Position numbers and translations under genes: made by a program. A stretch of 64,000 nucleotides of DNA from Paramoeba atlantica (lineage: Eukaryota > Protista > Discosea): positions 62,001-126,000 of the forward strand of contig CDRNVI010000190.1 in NCBI GenBank assembly GCA_977017575.1. Direction: 5' to 3'. The notes under the pieces are model-generated. The model saw nothing but the letters and a program-made list of their open reading frames with translations, searched no databases and was not told the DNA's origin. Position 1 is the first letter of the stretch, and each line of letters opens with the position of its first letter. This document shows positions 11,901-22,357 of the stretch, piece after piece.

Positions 11901-13070
11901 ATGGAAGAAGAAGAGAGTATTCAATCTGTTTCTCCTCATACAATCCATCGACAAGAGAATGTTGTTCTCTACAGATTCAAGGGAACAGAATGGGTTGACT
12001 CAGGAAGAGGAAGTTTTCTCATTCGAGCTCTCTCAATTTGTTTTCGTTGTGGTTCAGCATTGAAATTTTGTTCTCACCCAAAGGCAGATGCCTATTATCG
12101 TTGTGAGAGTTGTTCGTGGACTACGAGTGGTCTTCCAAGTCATCGATTATGGGTTGAATTGATCCAGAATTCTGGTCGAACAGTCTTTGTTGGACAGGCA
12201 ATTCCCAAGGTCACCACATTTGATGCTTGGCCTTCTCACCTGAACACAATTCGAATTCAAAAGCTCGGTGAAGTGACTTCACAAGGAAATATTTCCTCTC
12301 TCTCGACTATCGCACTTCGACCTTTGGGAAAACCTTCTTCTCCCAACGATGTCGATGTTGAACAAAAAGGAGACGAGGAAGAGGGGGAGGAGAAGGCAAG
12401 AAAACAAGATGAAGATGAAGTGATCAAAAAAGACAGTTCAAAGAATTCTTTCTTCTCCCAAGAAAGAGTTGCCTGGGAAGTGATTGACATTTTGAAACAA
12501 TACCCTGGATGTCTCAATAGGAGTCAAAATGGCAATCACATTCGAATTTTTACCCATCCACATTCTCAGTTACTTCGTTTGCGAGATGGAAATGAATGGG
12601 TTGACTCTGGATTCGGAAAATTATTGATTGATCAAACATCTTCAAAATTCTATATCAAATTTGTTCAATCTGGGACTGGTCGAATTTTATTTCATTCAAT
12701 TCTTGGAAAAAATGCCAGATTTTTGGATATGAATCAAGAACATTCTGTCCTTTTGAGTTCAATTGATTACACGAGGAAAAAGGAAGGCGAACCTTGCATT
12801 GTCGCTTTTCGACTTTCTTCGTTGCCAAAGATTCAAGAAAGCAGCGAAGATGATGAGCTCCTTCTTCTGGACCAACACCTTTCTTCTCTTTCGGTTCTCT
12901 CTTTTTTTTTTTTTTTGTTTTCTTTTTCTCTTTTTTGAAAAAAAAAATTCTTTTTTTAGATTTCAACTGATGAAATCGAGAGAAAAGTCTTTCATCGAAC
13001 CTTCTTGAGGGTTCTGAAGCGAATTCAGAAAAGTTCTGGTCTTGGACGACTGGAACCTCTTGCACAATAA
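11901..13070 (+). CDS. Protein with two RanBD/PH-like repeats and a Cys4 insertion in the first
   Basis: Repeated motif (LYRFKGTEWVDSGRG; LLRLRDGNEWVDSGFG) similar to RanBD 'LyRf...eWkerG.G'. CFRC..CESC lies within repeat 1. Last exon after an intron near 12892-12960. Confidence 0.6.
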
Positions 13071-13381
13071 GTAGGTGGTCGATATTTTACTTTGGAAACA
13101 CTAACAATAGAGAGGGTTCTCTCTTTTGAGATGAGCTTTCATAAATCTTCAAATCGAAATTAAAGGGGTGGATGAGATTTTCTCCCCAGGGGAGAGAGGT
13201 AACGGTAGCGGGTGTTCCCCTCTCAACTTCCAAGGGATATTGCTCTTCTGTTTCCTTTTCCCTTTGACACCACTCTCTCCATCTCGTTTTTGGGAAAGGA
13301 CAGCGGAATCGGTGAAAAGAATTAGAAAGGAAAAAAGAAAAAAAAATGAATAAAATAATTTTCTTTTCCAGACTTTTTTCA

Positions 13382-14539
13382 TTATTTTTCTTCTCTTTCC
13401 ACTTGTTTTCTTGAATTCTGATTCCACAAACAGTAACACATATTGAAAAAGATCACTAAAGCAACGACAAAGAAAAGAACTATTTTTGTTAGTCTTTCTT
13501 CCTCCTCTCTTTCTCTCAAAACCTTTTTCCTCGCCCTCTCCTCTGCCTCATACATCCTGATCTCTGCTTCTTTCACCTTTTTTGCTGATTCCTTGTATTT
13601 CCTTTCCATATTTTTTCTCCTTTTAATTGCTTCTGTTCTACGGGTTTTCTCTTTTTTCTTTTTTTCCTTCACTTTTTTCTCTTTTTCCTTCCTTTGCTCC
13701 CTTTCTTTGTGGAGCATCATTTTTACAAATCTCTGTTCTTCTTTGAGTCCCACTTGGGTTCTGTTGTACGTGATAACAAGAAGATTATTGTACATTTTAA
13801 TTTCCTCTTCCAGCTCAGACTCCAAGAACTCTCTTGCTTCATTCGATAGCATCGAATCGTTTGGGACTGTTAAATTGTTCAGGGAAGCAGCAGCATCTAA
13901 CCTCTTTTTTGCATGTGAACACCGCTCCCTTTCGAATTTGGAAGCCAAACAAAACGCATAAAAATCATCAGCCAAGTTGGACTGACGAACAGGAAAAATA
14001 TGACGACGAATAAAGTGACTCTCGAATTTGCGAAGATGCCAACGATGATCCAATTGCCAATTGTTTGAAGCAACGAGGGGAGAATCTGCGAATTGGGAGC
14101 AAGAATCGCTTAAAGTCGATCTGTCAGCGCTTGGTAATTTCCCCCTGGCTTCCAAAAAGTCATTGAGAGAGGGGAAACATTGATAAAGTTTTTGATGAGA
14201 ATCGAAGCAAGCTCCGTTCTTTGGAGAACATGAGTGCTTCCCCCAAATCGAAAGAGTTCGAGAAACAGGTTCTTCTATTGTTATCAACGCAGGTCGACCT
14301 TTCACGTCTTTTATTGATGGCGCACAAAGATGAAAGTCACTCGCAATCTTGAAGATTCCGTGAAGACTTTTCATCAATTTGGAGCCACCAGTCCCACCAA
14401 CATGAATAAAAGTGAACTCTGAAGTTTCATCGTGGCGAGGAGGCCGTCTGAAACAAGTTTTCGAATAATTTTGAGTCCAAGAAGGCTCGAAAAAAAGAGC
14501 AAAGAGAATTATTAGCACAAAGAGAAAACGAGTTTGCAT
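13382..14539 (-). CDS. Type I membrane sulfotransferase-family-2-like protein with coiled-coil stalk
   Basis: ATG at 14539, signal peptide, HVGGTGGSK and TIEEPVSRTLSIW motifs, K/E-rich coiled coil, C-terminal TM IVLFFVVALVIFFNMCYCLW. Intronless. Confidence 0.65.
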   Translation of the reverse strand: MQTRFLFVLIILFALFFEPSWTQNYSKTCFRRPPRHDETSEFTFIHVGGTGGSKLMKSLHGIFKIASDFHLCAPSIKDVKGRPALITIEEPVSRTLSIWGKHSCSPKNGACFDSHQKLYQCFPSLNDFLEARGKLPSADRSTLSDSCSQFADSPLVASNNWQLDHRWHLRKFESHFIRRHIFPVRQSNLADDFYAFCLASKFERERCSHAKKRLDAAASLNNLTVPNDSMLSNEAREFLESELEEEIKMYNNLLVITYNRTQVGLKEEQRFVKMMLHKEREQRKEKEKKVKEKKKKEKTRRTEAIKRRKNMERKYKESAKKVKEAEIRMYEAEERARKKVLREREEEERLTKIVLFFVVALVIFFNMCYCLWNQNSRKQVEREEK

Positions 14540-14798
14540 AGGCGGTCGCAAGAGAAAAAGAGGACCGCGCCACTTTCGCCACCAAGAACCCCCAATATTT
14601 CTCTGGTCACCCACAAGGAAAAAGAAAAACTTTTTCAAAAATCAAAAAGGCGGAGGATTTTTTTCAAATATTGAAAAAACCTTGAAAAATCTTTTGAGTG
14701 TTGCAAAAAAATCGATTGAAAAAGAAAGAGTTTTTTACTTCAAAAAGTTGTTTTTTCTTTTGAATTTGTGCTTTCAAAAAGAAAGAGAGGATTGGGGA

Positions 14799-17700
14799 AT
14801 GAGAAGTGTTCTTCTTCGAAATGGTTTGAGATTGAGAAATTGTTTTTCTTCTCCACCTCTTCTCCCCTTCTCTTCTCGAAACGAAAAGAGATATCTTTCT
14901 TCTTCTCTCTTCGATGATGTTTTCGGAAAGAACCATTCTTCAAAGATGGGGAAGAAGAATCGATTTTTGAGCAAGAGTTTTGCAATGTGGAAAGAAAAAG
15001 AAGAAGAAAAATTGAGTCATGTACCACTTGTCGCTTTGATTGGAAGGCCCAATGTTGGAAAGTCTTCTCTTTTCAACAGGTTTGGTTTTTGGGTTTGGGA
15101 TTTTGTCGCAATTCTTCTTCTCTTGATTGAGAGTTTTATTCTTTATGACCTGAGAGAGAGAGAGTCTTTTCTTTCTTCTTCTCACCTTGCTTTTGATGTT
15201 CAGTTTTATTCGAGAACCCCGTGCTTTGATTAGCCCTGTTGCTGGAACAACTCGAGATAGGTTCTTTATTTTTCTTTCTCCTCTCTTTTTCCTTTTGTTC
15301 ATTAAGTGTGGGATTTATTCTTGTTTTTTTAGAGCTTATGGAGACTTGGAATGGAATGGAGAGCGAATGTCCCTTGTTGACACAGGTCTTTTTTTGAAAA
15401 AGAGAATTAAGGGGAAAAAATCTATTTTTTGAGTTTTCTATTCAACTCAGTAGAGAAACAAAAGAGAAGAAAAAAGAGTAGAGAAAAGAAGAGATTTTTT
15501 TCTTTTTTTCTCGATTGAGATGTTTGGTAAATAGGTGGAATGTTGGGAGGAAATGAATGTGAATTGTCTGTTCCAATTCATAACCAAACTCTTGTGGCAA
15601 TTGAGGTTTTTATTTCTTCTCTTATTTGATCTCTTTTTTTGTCTTGTTCAGTTTTTTTTTTTTTTTTTTTTGAATTTGGTCAATTTGTCGAAATATAAAA
15701 AATAATTGGTGTTCTATTTTTGTTTGAAAGAAAAATGAATTTGGATTTTTGTTTTTAGGAAGCTGATATTTTGGTTTTTGTTGTGGATGTCATGGATGGT
15801 TTACATCATGTTGATCGCGTTTGGATTTCTCTTTTTTTGGATTTCTCTTTTTTTTGCATTTTGGAAAAGGAGAGGAGAAAAAGAAAGAAAAAGAAGGAAG
15901 AAATAACATTTTTAATTTCCAGGAAATCGCAAAGACATTGAGAAAATATAAAGGAGAAAAAAAAGTGATTGTGGCAGTAAATAAGGTTGACAATGTTCAC
16001 CGTGTTGCACTTGCTGAGGTTCTTTCTTTTCTATCATTTTCATTTTTCCTCGCTCTCAATTTTTTTTCTCTCTCTGACCATGTTTTAATCTTCCAAAATA
16101 GGAAGCGATCTTTGAAAGATTGGGGGGGTACGAGGTTCAACAAGTATCTGCCATTCATCGAAATGGTGTTTCTGATCTGTTGGATTCTCTTGTCTTGATG
16201 GTTCTTCTTTTTGTATATTTTGTATTTCTCTTTTGTTTTTCTGATTCTCTCAAAAAAGGTTCAAAAACAAAAAGAAGAAAAAAAGAAAGAAAACATTGAA
16301 TTTGAATTTGAATCAAACGTTCTTCCAGAAGAGCCACCAAGGTCTTCTCTTTCAGGTCTCTCTTTTCTCTCTTTTCTCTCTTTTCTCTCTTTCAATCCTT
16401 CTTACTCCCATTTTAGATGTACAAATAAAAGTTGGAATTTTTGGGAAACCAAATGTTGGAAAATCAACTTTATTGAATCAATTGGTTGGGTCTTCTCGTG
16501 TCCTAGTGAATGACCTTGCTGGTACAACTCGTGATCCTGGTATTGTTTCTTTTCGTTTTTCATTTAAATATTCATTAAAAAGATTTAAAATAAGAAAGAG
16601 AAAAATAATAAGAAAGGAAAGAGGAGAGGGGAGAAGAATGCAGGTGAATTAGCGGGGCATTTTCTTAAGAAATGAAATGTCTTTTAACACATCTGCTAGA
16701 GATAAAAAAAAGTAACTTTTTAAATATGAAAGAAAGAAATAAATGTTGGACACTTTTTTTTGTCACTTTGTCACTCTTTTTGACATTTTTGATAGTGAAT
16801 GAAGAATTAATTTGGGAAGAACCTTTCAACACTGGAAAAGAATATCTCCTCTATCGAGTTCCTTCTTCTTCTTCTTCTTCTTCTTCTTCTTCTTCTTCTT
16901 CTTTACAAAAAAAGAGTGAGGAAGTGAGGGTAGAAGGAGAAGAGAGAAGTGGTGTTGATGGAGAAGATCGGGAAGATGTGGCATTGGATATTGGAGAAAC
17001 AAGAAAAGGAGAAGAGAAAGAAGATATTGGAATTCTTGAGGAGGATATTGGGGATGCAGAGAAAGAAGAGGAAGAAAGAGAGAGAGAGAAGATTATTGAG
17101 GAGGTGGTTGAAGAGGGATTTCGCCGTTTTCGGTTTACTTTGATTGATACTGGTTTTTATCTTTTTCATTTTTTCAGGATTACTTTTAAATTACTTTTCA
17201 ATCAAATTGTAAGATTTCACAAAAATTAATCTATTTTTATATTGTAGCTGGGGTTCGCCGAAGATCAAAACATAATCGAGATCTGGAACATCTCAGTACA
17301 ATGTGGGCTCTTCGTGTTTGTTTTTCTCTTTCAAAAAAGATTTTTATTTTTTGAATTTTTTCTTATTTTTTGGACAGGCAATTGAGAAATGTGATGTTGC
17401 TCTCCTTGTGCTCGATAGTCAGGGTATTTTGTCTCTTTATTTTTCTTCACTCTCTTTCAGGTGTTCTCTTTGAACTCTTTTTTATAGATGGTGGACGTTC
17501 ACAAGATGCGCATATTGCACAGTCGATTTTAGAACAAGTTTTCTTTTTTCTTTTTCTTTTTTTCTTTTGTGAAATTTATAAATGATTAAATTTCTTTTTT
17601 TTCCCTTGTTTTCTTTTCAAGTACAAGTCGTGCATCATAGTTGTCAACAAATGGGATGTTACGGGATCTGAGGGTTTAAATATCAAAAATCAAGTATCTA

Positions 17701-18832
17701 TTTGCTACACTTTCCTTTTTTTTTTTACTCGTTACTAATTGGGGAACAAAAAGAAAGAATATGAAGCTTTTTTGAGGAAAAAGTTTTCTTTTGTGGATTA
17801 TGTTGATGTTGTTTTTATCTCTGCTTTGGAGGGTTATAATGTTTCTTCTCTTCTTTCTCGTTGCATTCAGGTTTTTTATCTTTTATCTCGTTGTTTTTTT
17901 TCATTTCGATTTTATTTTTAAATCGAAGAAATGGGAAATTTTATTGCAAGAAAATTTCTGTTGGCAAGAGAAACTTGTTTTTATTTTATTGCAAGAAAAT
18001 GATGTCGAGCAACCAAACGAGTTTCAATCAAAAAACACATTTTTCGAAATCAGGCGAAATAGTTAAGTGGTAAAATTCTCGCTTAGGGTGCGAGAGGCCC
18101 GGGTTCGATTCCCGGTTTCGCCCATTTTTTTTTTTTTTTTTTGAAAATTCCAGAGTTTTGTGGAAAAGTTTTGTTTGCAAACCTGTTTCACTTTTTTGAA
18201 AGTTGTTTTCTTTCCCTTTTTTCATTTTTTTTTCATAAAGATTTTCATGAAGAGACAGCTTCGTCTTTCTTCAAGGTTTCTTTCTTTCTCTCCTCTTTCT
18301 CTTCTCGTTCAAACTCATTCGATTCAATAGGAATCTAAATGAGGTGATTCGACGAGCTCAAGATGCGCATCAATCTCCTTCAAAAGGTCTTTTTTTCTTC
18401 TTTTCCCTTGCATATGAACACAAATGAACAACTTTTGAATTTTCAATTAAATCAAGTTCAATTCAATTGAGAATTCACAAATGTAAAAATAAATAAAAAT
18501 AGGAAAAAAATCATTTAAAATTCGTTATGGAGTCCAAAGTCGGTCTTCTGTTCCGAGTTTTGTATTCTTTGTCAATCGACCTCTTGCTGTCCACTATTCA
18601 TACAAAAGGTCTTTTTTTCTTTCTTTTCTTTCTTTTTCTCTTTGTTTTTGATTTTATTTTCTTTCTTTCTTTTTCCCTCTTTAGATATCTTGAAAACACA
18701 ATCAGAAGTTATTATGGTGCCTTTGAAGGTTCTCCAATTCGCCTGTTCTTTCGTGCCTCGCGAGAGGAAAGAGAAAAGAAGAAGGGAATGGAAAGGAAAG
18801 GGAAAAAGAGAGGAAAGAGGGTTTTGAGATGA
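14799..18832 (+). CDS. der (engA): Organellar (probably mitochondrial) double-G-domain GTPase Der/EngA, many introns
   Basis: Two G domains ([20 protein letters not shown] and [21 protein letters not shown]) and a C-terminal KH-like domain ([31 protein letters not shown]). Arg/Ser-rich presequence-like N-terminus. Confidence 0.9.
18053..18123 (+). tRNA. trnP-AGG: tRNA-Pro(AGG), intronless, inside a der intron
   Basis: Acceptor stem GGCGAAA/TTTCGCC; anticodon arm CTCGC-TTAGGGT-GCGAG; T arm CCGGG-TTCGATT-CCCGG; followed by oligo-T. Confidence 0.96.
18125..18142 (+). terminator. RNA polymerase III oligo-T terminator
   Basis: Run of T immediately 3' of the tRNA. Confidence 0.75.
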
Positions 18833-18882
18833 GAGACTTTTTTGGTGACTCCCCTCTTCTTTTTCTTTGTCTCCAATCGGAA

Positions 18883-19025
18883 TTGATTAAAAGGACAAGA
18901 CTGAAAGAAAGGGGGTGTGTGTGGGAGTTTGGAGCTGCTTGCAATTCGGTAATCTTGCCAAGGGTTGATCAATTTTTTAAAGCAATTTTCAACAAACTCA
19001 TCTCAAACCTGCAAAAAGAGACTGA
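18883..19025 (+). pseudogene. 3' remnant of the small array gene (copy 1)
   Basis: ELIKRTRLKERGCVWEFGA..VDQFFK, then a 1-nt frameshift before HLKPAKRD*. No 5' half. Confidence 0.75.
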
Positions 19026-19292
19026 AAAGCTCATTTTTCCCCAACAAACCAACTCTCTCTTCCTCCTTTTTGAAGAAGCTTTTAATTCTTTCTGTTTTTC
19101 TCTTTCGCGGGAGGACGAAAGTTTTTTTGGCTCTTTTATTTCACCCACCTAACAGAAAACTTTCATTCTTCTTCTTCTCTTTCTTCTTCTCTGTTGTTGG
19201 GTTAAAACTCATTCTTTTGTGTCTCTGTTTGGTTTCTTGTTCTTTACCTTGCCCCTTGAAAGAAAGAGGAAGGACGAAAGAAAAAGGGGACA

Positions 19293-19500
19293 ATGGCAAA
19301 TGTTGATGAAAGAATCAAAACCAAAATTTTTGGTGATTGGTGGTTCAGTAGTAATTTGTGGAAGGTTGAATTGTGAAGGGATTCTTTTCTACCCGGTCAA
19401 TACCCTTTCTGAATTCGGTGATCTCTTTGAAGAAGCAATTGTTTCTTTTGAAAAAGATGTTGAGAGTTTTGGGGGATTGAAGGGTGGTTTTACAACCAAA
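19293..19500 (+). pseudogene. Disrupted array gene (copy 2)
   Basis: ATG GCA AAT GTT GAT GAA, then a 2-nt deletion relative to intact copies, an internal deletion (GRLN joined directly to CEGILF) and 3' truncation after GGLKG. Confidence 0.75.
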
Positions 19501-19764
19501 AAATTGGTTTTCAAAAAGAACGACTTTTTTGGGCTCTTTTTTTCGCCTTCCAAACGAAAGTTTTCTGTTTGTTCTTGTTCTTCTTTTTCTCTTTTCTCTG
19601 TTGTTGTTCTTTTCTATCTCTTTCTCGTTTTACCACTGGTGGTTCAAACTCATTTGTTTGTGTCTCCGTTTGCTCTTTTTCTCTTCTTTTTCTTGCCCCT
19701 TGAAAGTTTGAGAAAACTCAAGTGGAGGACGAAAGAAAGAGGAAGGACGAAAGAAAAAGGGACA

Positions 19765-20205
19765 ATGGCGGATGTCGATGAAAGTGAATCAAAACCAAAA
19801 ATTTTGGTGATTGGTGGTTCGAAATCAGTTTGTGGAAGGTTGAATCAGAAAAAGGGGTTGGGTTTTTTCTTTTTGGATGTGATTTCTGATTTCAGAGATT
19901 GTGAAGGGATTCTTTTCTACCCGCTCAATACCCTTTCTGGAGTAGGATCTCTCTTTGAAGAAGCAATTGTTTCTTTTGAAAAAGATGTTGAGAGTCTTGG
20001 AGGGATTGAAGGGGTGGTTGTGTATATTTGGGCTGATAAACCTGATCGAACGATGAAAGAAGAAATAGTGGAAAGGTTGAGATTGGAAGAAAGAGGATGT
20101 GTTTGGAAGTTTGGAGCTGGGTTTGATTCTGAGATTACTCCAAAGATTGATAAATTCTTTAAAGAGAATTTACAAACGATTGTCAAACCAGCAAAAAGAG
20201 ACTGA
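19765..20205 (+). CDS. Small array protein, degenerate small-GTPase-like fold (copy 3)
   Basis: Intronless MADVDESESKPKILVIGGSK..DFRDCEGILFYP..VVVYIWADKPD..KPAKRD. Family membership is certain; the fold is inferred. Confidence 0.8.
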   Translation: MADVDESESKPKILVIGGSKSVCGRLNQKKGLGFFFLDVISDFRDCEGILFYPLNTLSGVGSLFEEAIVSFEKDVESLGGIEGVVVYIWADKPDRTMKEEIVERLRLEERGCVWKFGAGFDSEITPKIDKFFKENLQTIVKPAKRD

Positions 20206-20445
20206 ATTAAGAACAGAAAACAATTATTTTTTGTAAAATTGAATCTCCAACAAAAACAACAAGAACGACTTTTTTTGGCTCTTTTTTTCACCTCCCGTTC
20301 TTCTTCTTCTCTTTCTTTTTCTCTTTTCTCTGTTGTTGTTGTTCTTTCTATCTCTTTCTTGTTTTACCACTGGTGGTTAAAACTCATTCTTTTGTGTCTC
20401 TGTTTGCTCTTTTTCTTTTTCTTGCCCTTTGAGAAGAAAGAGACA

Positions 20446-20895
20446 ATGGCGGATGCCGATGAATGTGAATCAAAACCAAAAATTTTGGTGATTGGTGGTT
20501 CGAAATTAATTGTTGGAAAGTTGAAGAAGAGAGAGGGATTGAGTTTTGTCTTGACGGATGTGATTTCTGATTTCAGAGGTTGTGAAGGGATTCTTTTCTA
20601 CCCGGTCAAGACCCTTTCTCTAATGCTAGATTTCTTTGAAGAAGCAATTGTTTCTTTTGAAAAAGATGTTGAGAGTTTTGGTGGGATTGAAGGGGTGGTT
20701 GTGTATGTTTCGGTTGATGAACGTGATCGAGGGTTGAAAGAAGAAATAGTGAAAAGGTTGAGATTGAAAGAAAGAGGGTGTGTTTGGGGGTTTGGAGCTG
20801 GGGAGAATGATGAGATTATCCCAAAGATGGATCAATTCTTTAAAGAGAATTTACAAACTGTTGTTCTCAAACCAGCAAAAAGAGATGAAAAATAA
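20446..20895 (+). CDS. Small array protein (copy 4)
   Basis: Full-length paralogue MADADECESKPKILVIGG..KPAKRDEK. Confidence 0.8.
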   Translation: MADADECESKPKILVIGGSKLIVGKLKKREGLSFVLTDVISDFRGCEGILFYPVKTLSLMLDFFEEAIVSFEKDVESFGGIEGVVVYVSVDERDRGLKEEIVKRLRLKERGCVWGFGAGENDEIIPKMDQFFKENLQTVVLKPAKRDEK

Positions 20896-21179
20896 TTTCA
20901 TGAATTAATAATCTAATTTGAATCTCAAGAAGAACGACTTTTTTTGGCTCTTTTTTCACTCGCCCCAAACAGAAACTTTCGTTCTTCTTCTTTTTCTCTT
21001 TTCTATCTCTTTCTCTTTTCTCTGGTGTTGTTACTCTTTCTCTATCTCTTTCTCGTTTTACCACTGGTGGTTAAAACTCATTCTTTTGTGTCTCTGTTTT
21101 TGTTTTTGTTTTTTCTTTTCTTGCCCCTTGAAAAAGAAGAAAGAGTGAACCAAAAGGAGGAGGGCGAAAGAAAGAGGCG

Positions 21180-21620
21180 ATGGCGGATGTTGATGAAAGT
21201 GAATCAAAACCAAAAATTTTGGTGATTGGTGGTTCGAAATCAGTTTGTGGAAGGTTGAATAAGAAAGAGGGGTTGAGTTTTTTCTTTTTGGATGTGATTT
21301 CTGATTTCAAAAATTGTGAAGGGATTCTTTTCTATCCGCCCGAGACCCTTTCTCGAATCGTAGGATCTCTCTTTGAAGCAGTTGTTTCTTTTGAAAAAGA
21401 TGTTGAGAGTCTTGGTGGGATTGAAGGGGTGGTTGTGTATATTTGGGCTGATGAACCTGATCGAACGATGAAAGAAGAAATAGTGGAAAGGTTGAGATTG
21501 GAAGAAAGAGGATGTGTTTGGAAGTTTGGAGCTGGGTCCGATTCAGAGATTATTCCAAAGATTGATAAATTCTTTAATGAGAATTTACAAACGATTGTCA
21601 AACCAGCAAAAAGAGACTGA
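21180..21620 (+). CDS. Small array protein (copy 5)
   Basis: 146 aa paralogue, closest to copy 3. Confidence 0.8.
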   Translation: MADVDESESKPKILVIGGSKSVCGRLNKKEGLSFFFLDVISDFKNCEGILFYPPETLSRIVGSLFEAVVSFEKDVESLGGIEGVVVYIWADEPDRTMKEEIVERLRLEERGCVWKFGAGSDSEIIPKIDKFFNENLQTIVKPAKRD

Positions 21621-21858
21621 ATTAACAACAGAAAACAATAATTTGAATCTCCAACAAAAACAAAAAGAACGACTTTTTGGCTCTTTTTTTCGCCTTCCAA
21701 ACTTTCGTTTCTTCTTCTTCTCTCTTCTTTTTCTCTGTTATTGCTTCAACTCCCAATTTTCTTTTGGGTTTTCTTGGAAGTCCAACACTCAATCTTTGGT
21801 TTTTTCTTCTTCCCTTTTCTCTTCTTTTCCTTGACCTTTTTCAGAAAGGAAAAGAGAC

Positions 21859-22302
21859 ATGGCAGATATCGATGAAAGTGAACCAAAACCAAAAATTTTT
21901 GTGATTGGCGGTTCGAAACGAATCATTCGAAGGTTGAATCAGAGAAAGGGATTGAGTTTTGTCTTTTTGGACGTGATTTCTGATTTCAAAGATTGTGAAG
22001 GGATTCTTTTCTACCCTCGCGATGCCCTTTCTCGAATCGAAGCTGCCTTTGAAGAAGCAATTGTTTCTTTTGAAAAAGATGTTGAGAGTCTTGGTGGGAT
22101 TGAAGGGGTGGTTGTGTATGTTTCGGTTGATGAACGTGATCGAGGGTTGAAAGAAGAAATAGTGAAAAGGTTGAGATTGGAAGAAAGAGGATGTGTTTGG
22201 GGGTTTGGAGCTGGGTCCGATTCTGAGATTATTCCAAAGATGGATCAATTCTTTAAAGAGAATCTCCAAACAATTGTTCTCAAACCAGCAAAAAGAGATT
22301 AA
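21859..22302 (+). CDS. Small array protein (copy 6)
   Basis: 147 aa paralogue; its C-terminal half is closest to copy 4. Confidence 0.8.
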   Translation: MADIDESEPKPKIFVIGGSKRIIRRLNQRKGLSFVFLDVISDFKDCEGILFYPRDALSRIEAAFEEAIVSFEKDVESLGGIEGVVVYVSVDERDRGLKEEIVKRLRLEERGCVWGFGAGSDSEIIPKMDQFFKENLQTIVLKPAKRD

Positions 22303-22357
22303 AACTAAAGAGAAAGATTTTTTTGAATCCAACTGCTTCAGAAAAACAAATTTTATT

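Noticed and set aside
19858-19895. A 34-nt GT-AG intron inside the array genes
   Set aside because: It is not a multiple of 3, the AG is not conserved in all copies, the frame is open in every intact copy, and the residues D-x-I-S-x-F are conserved even in divergent copy 7.
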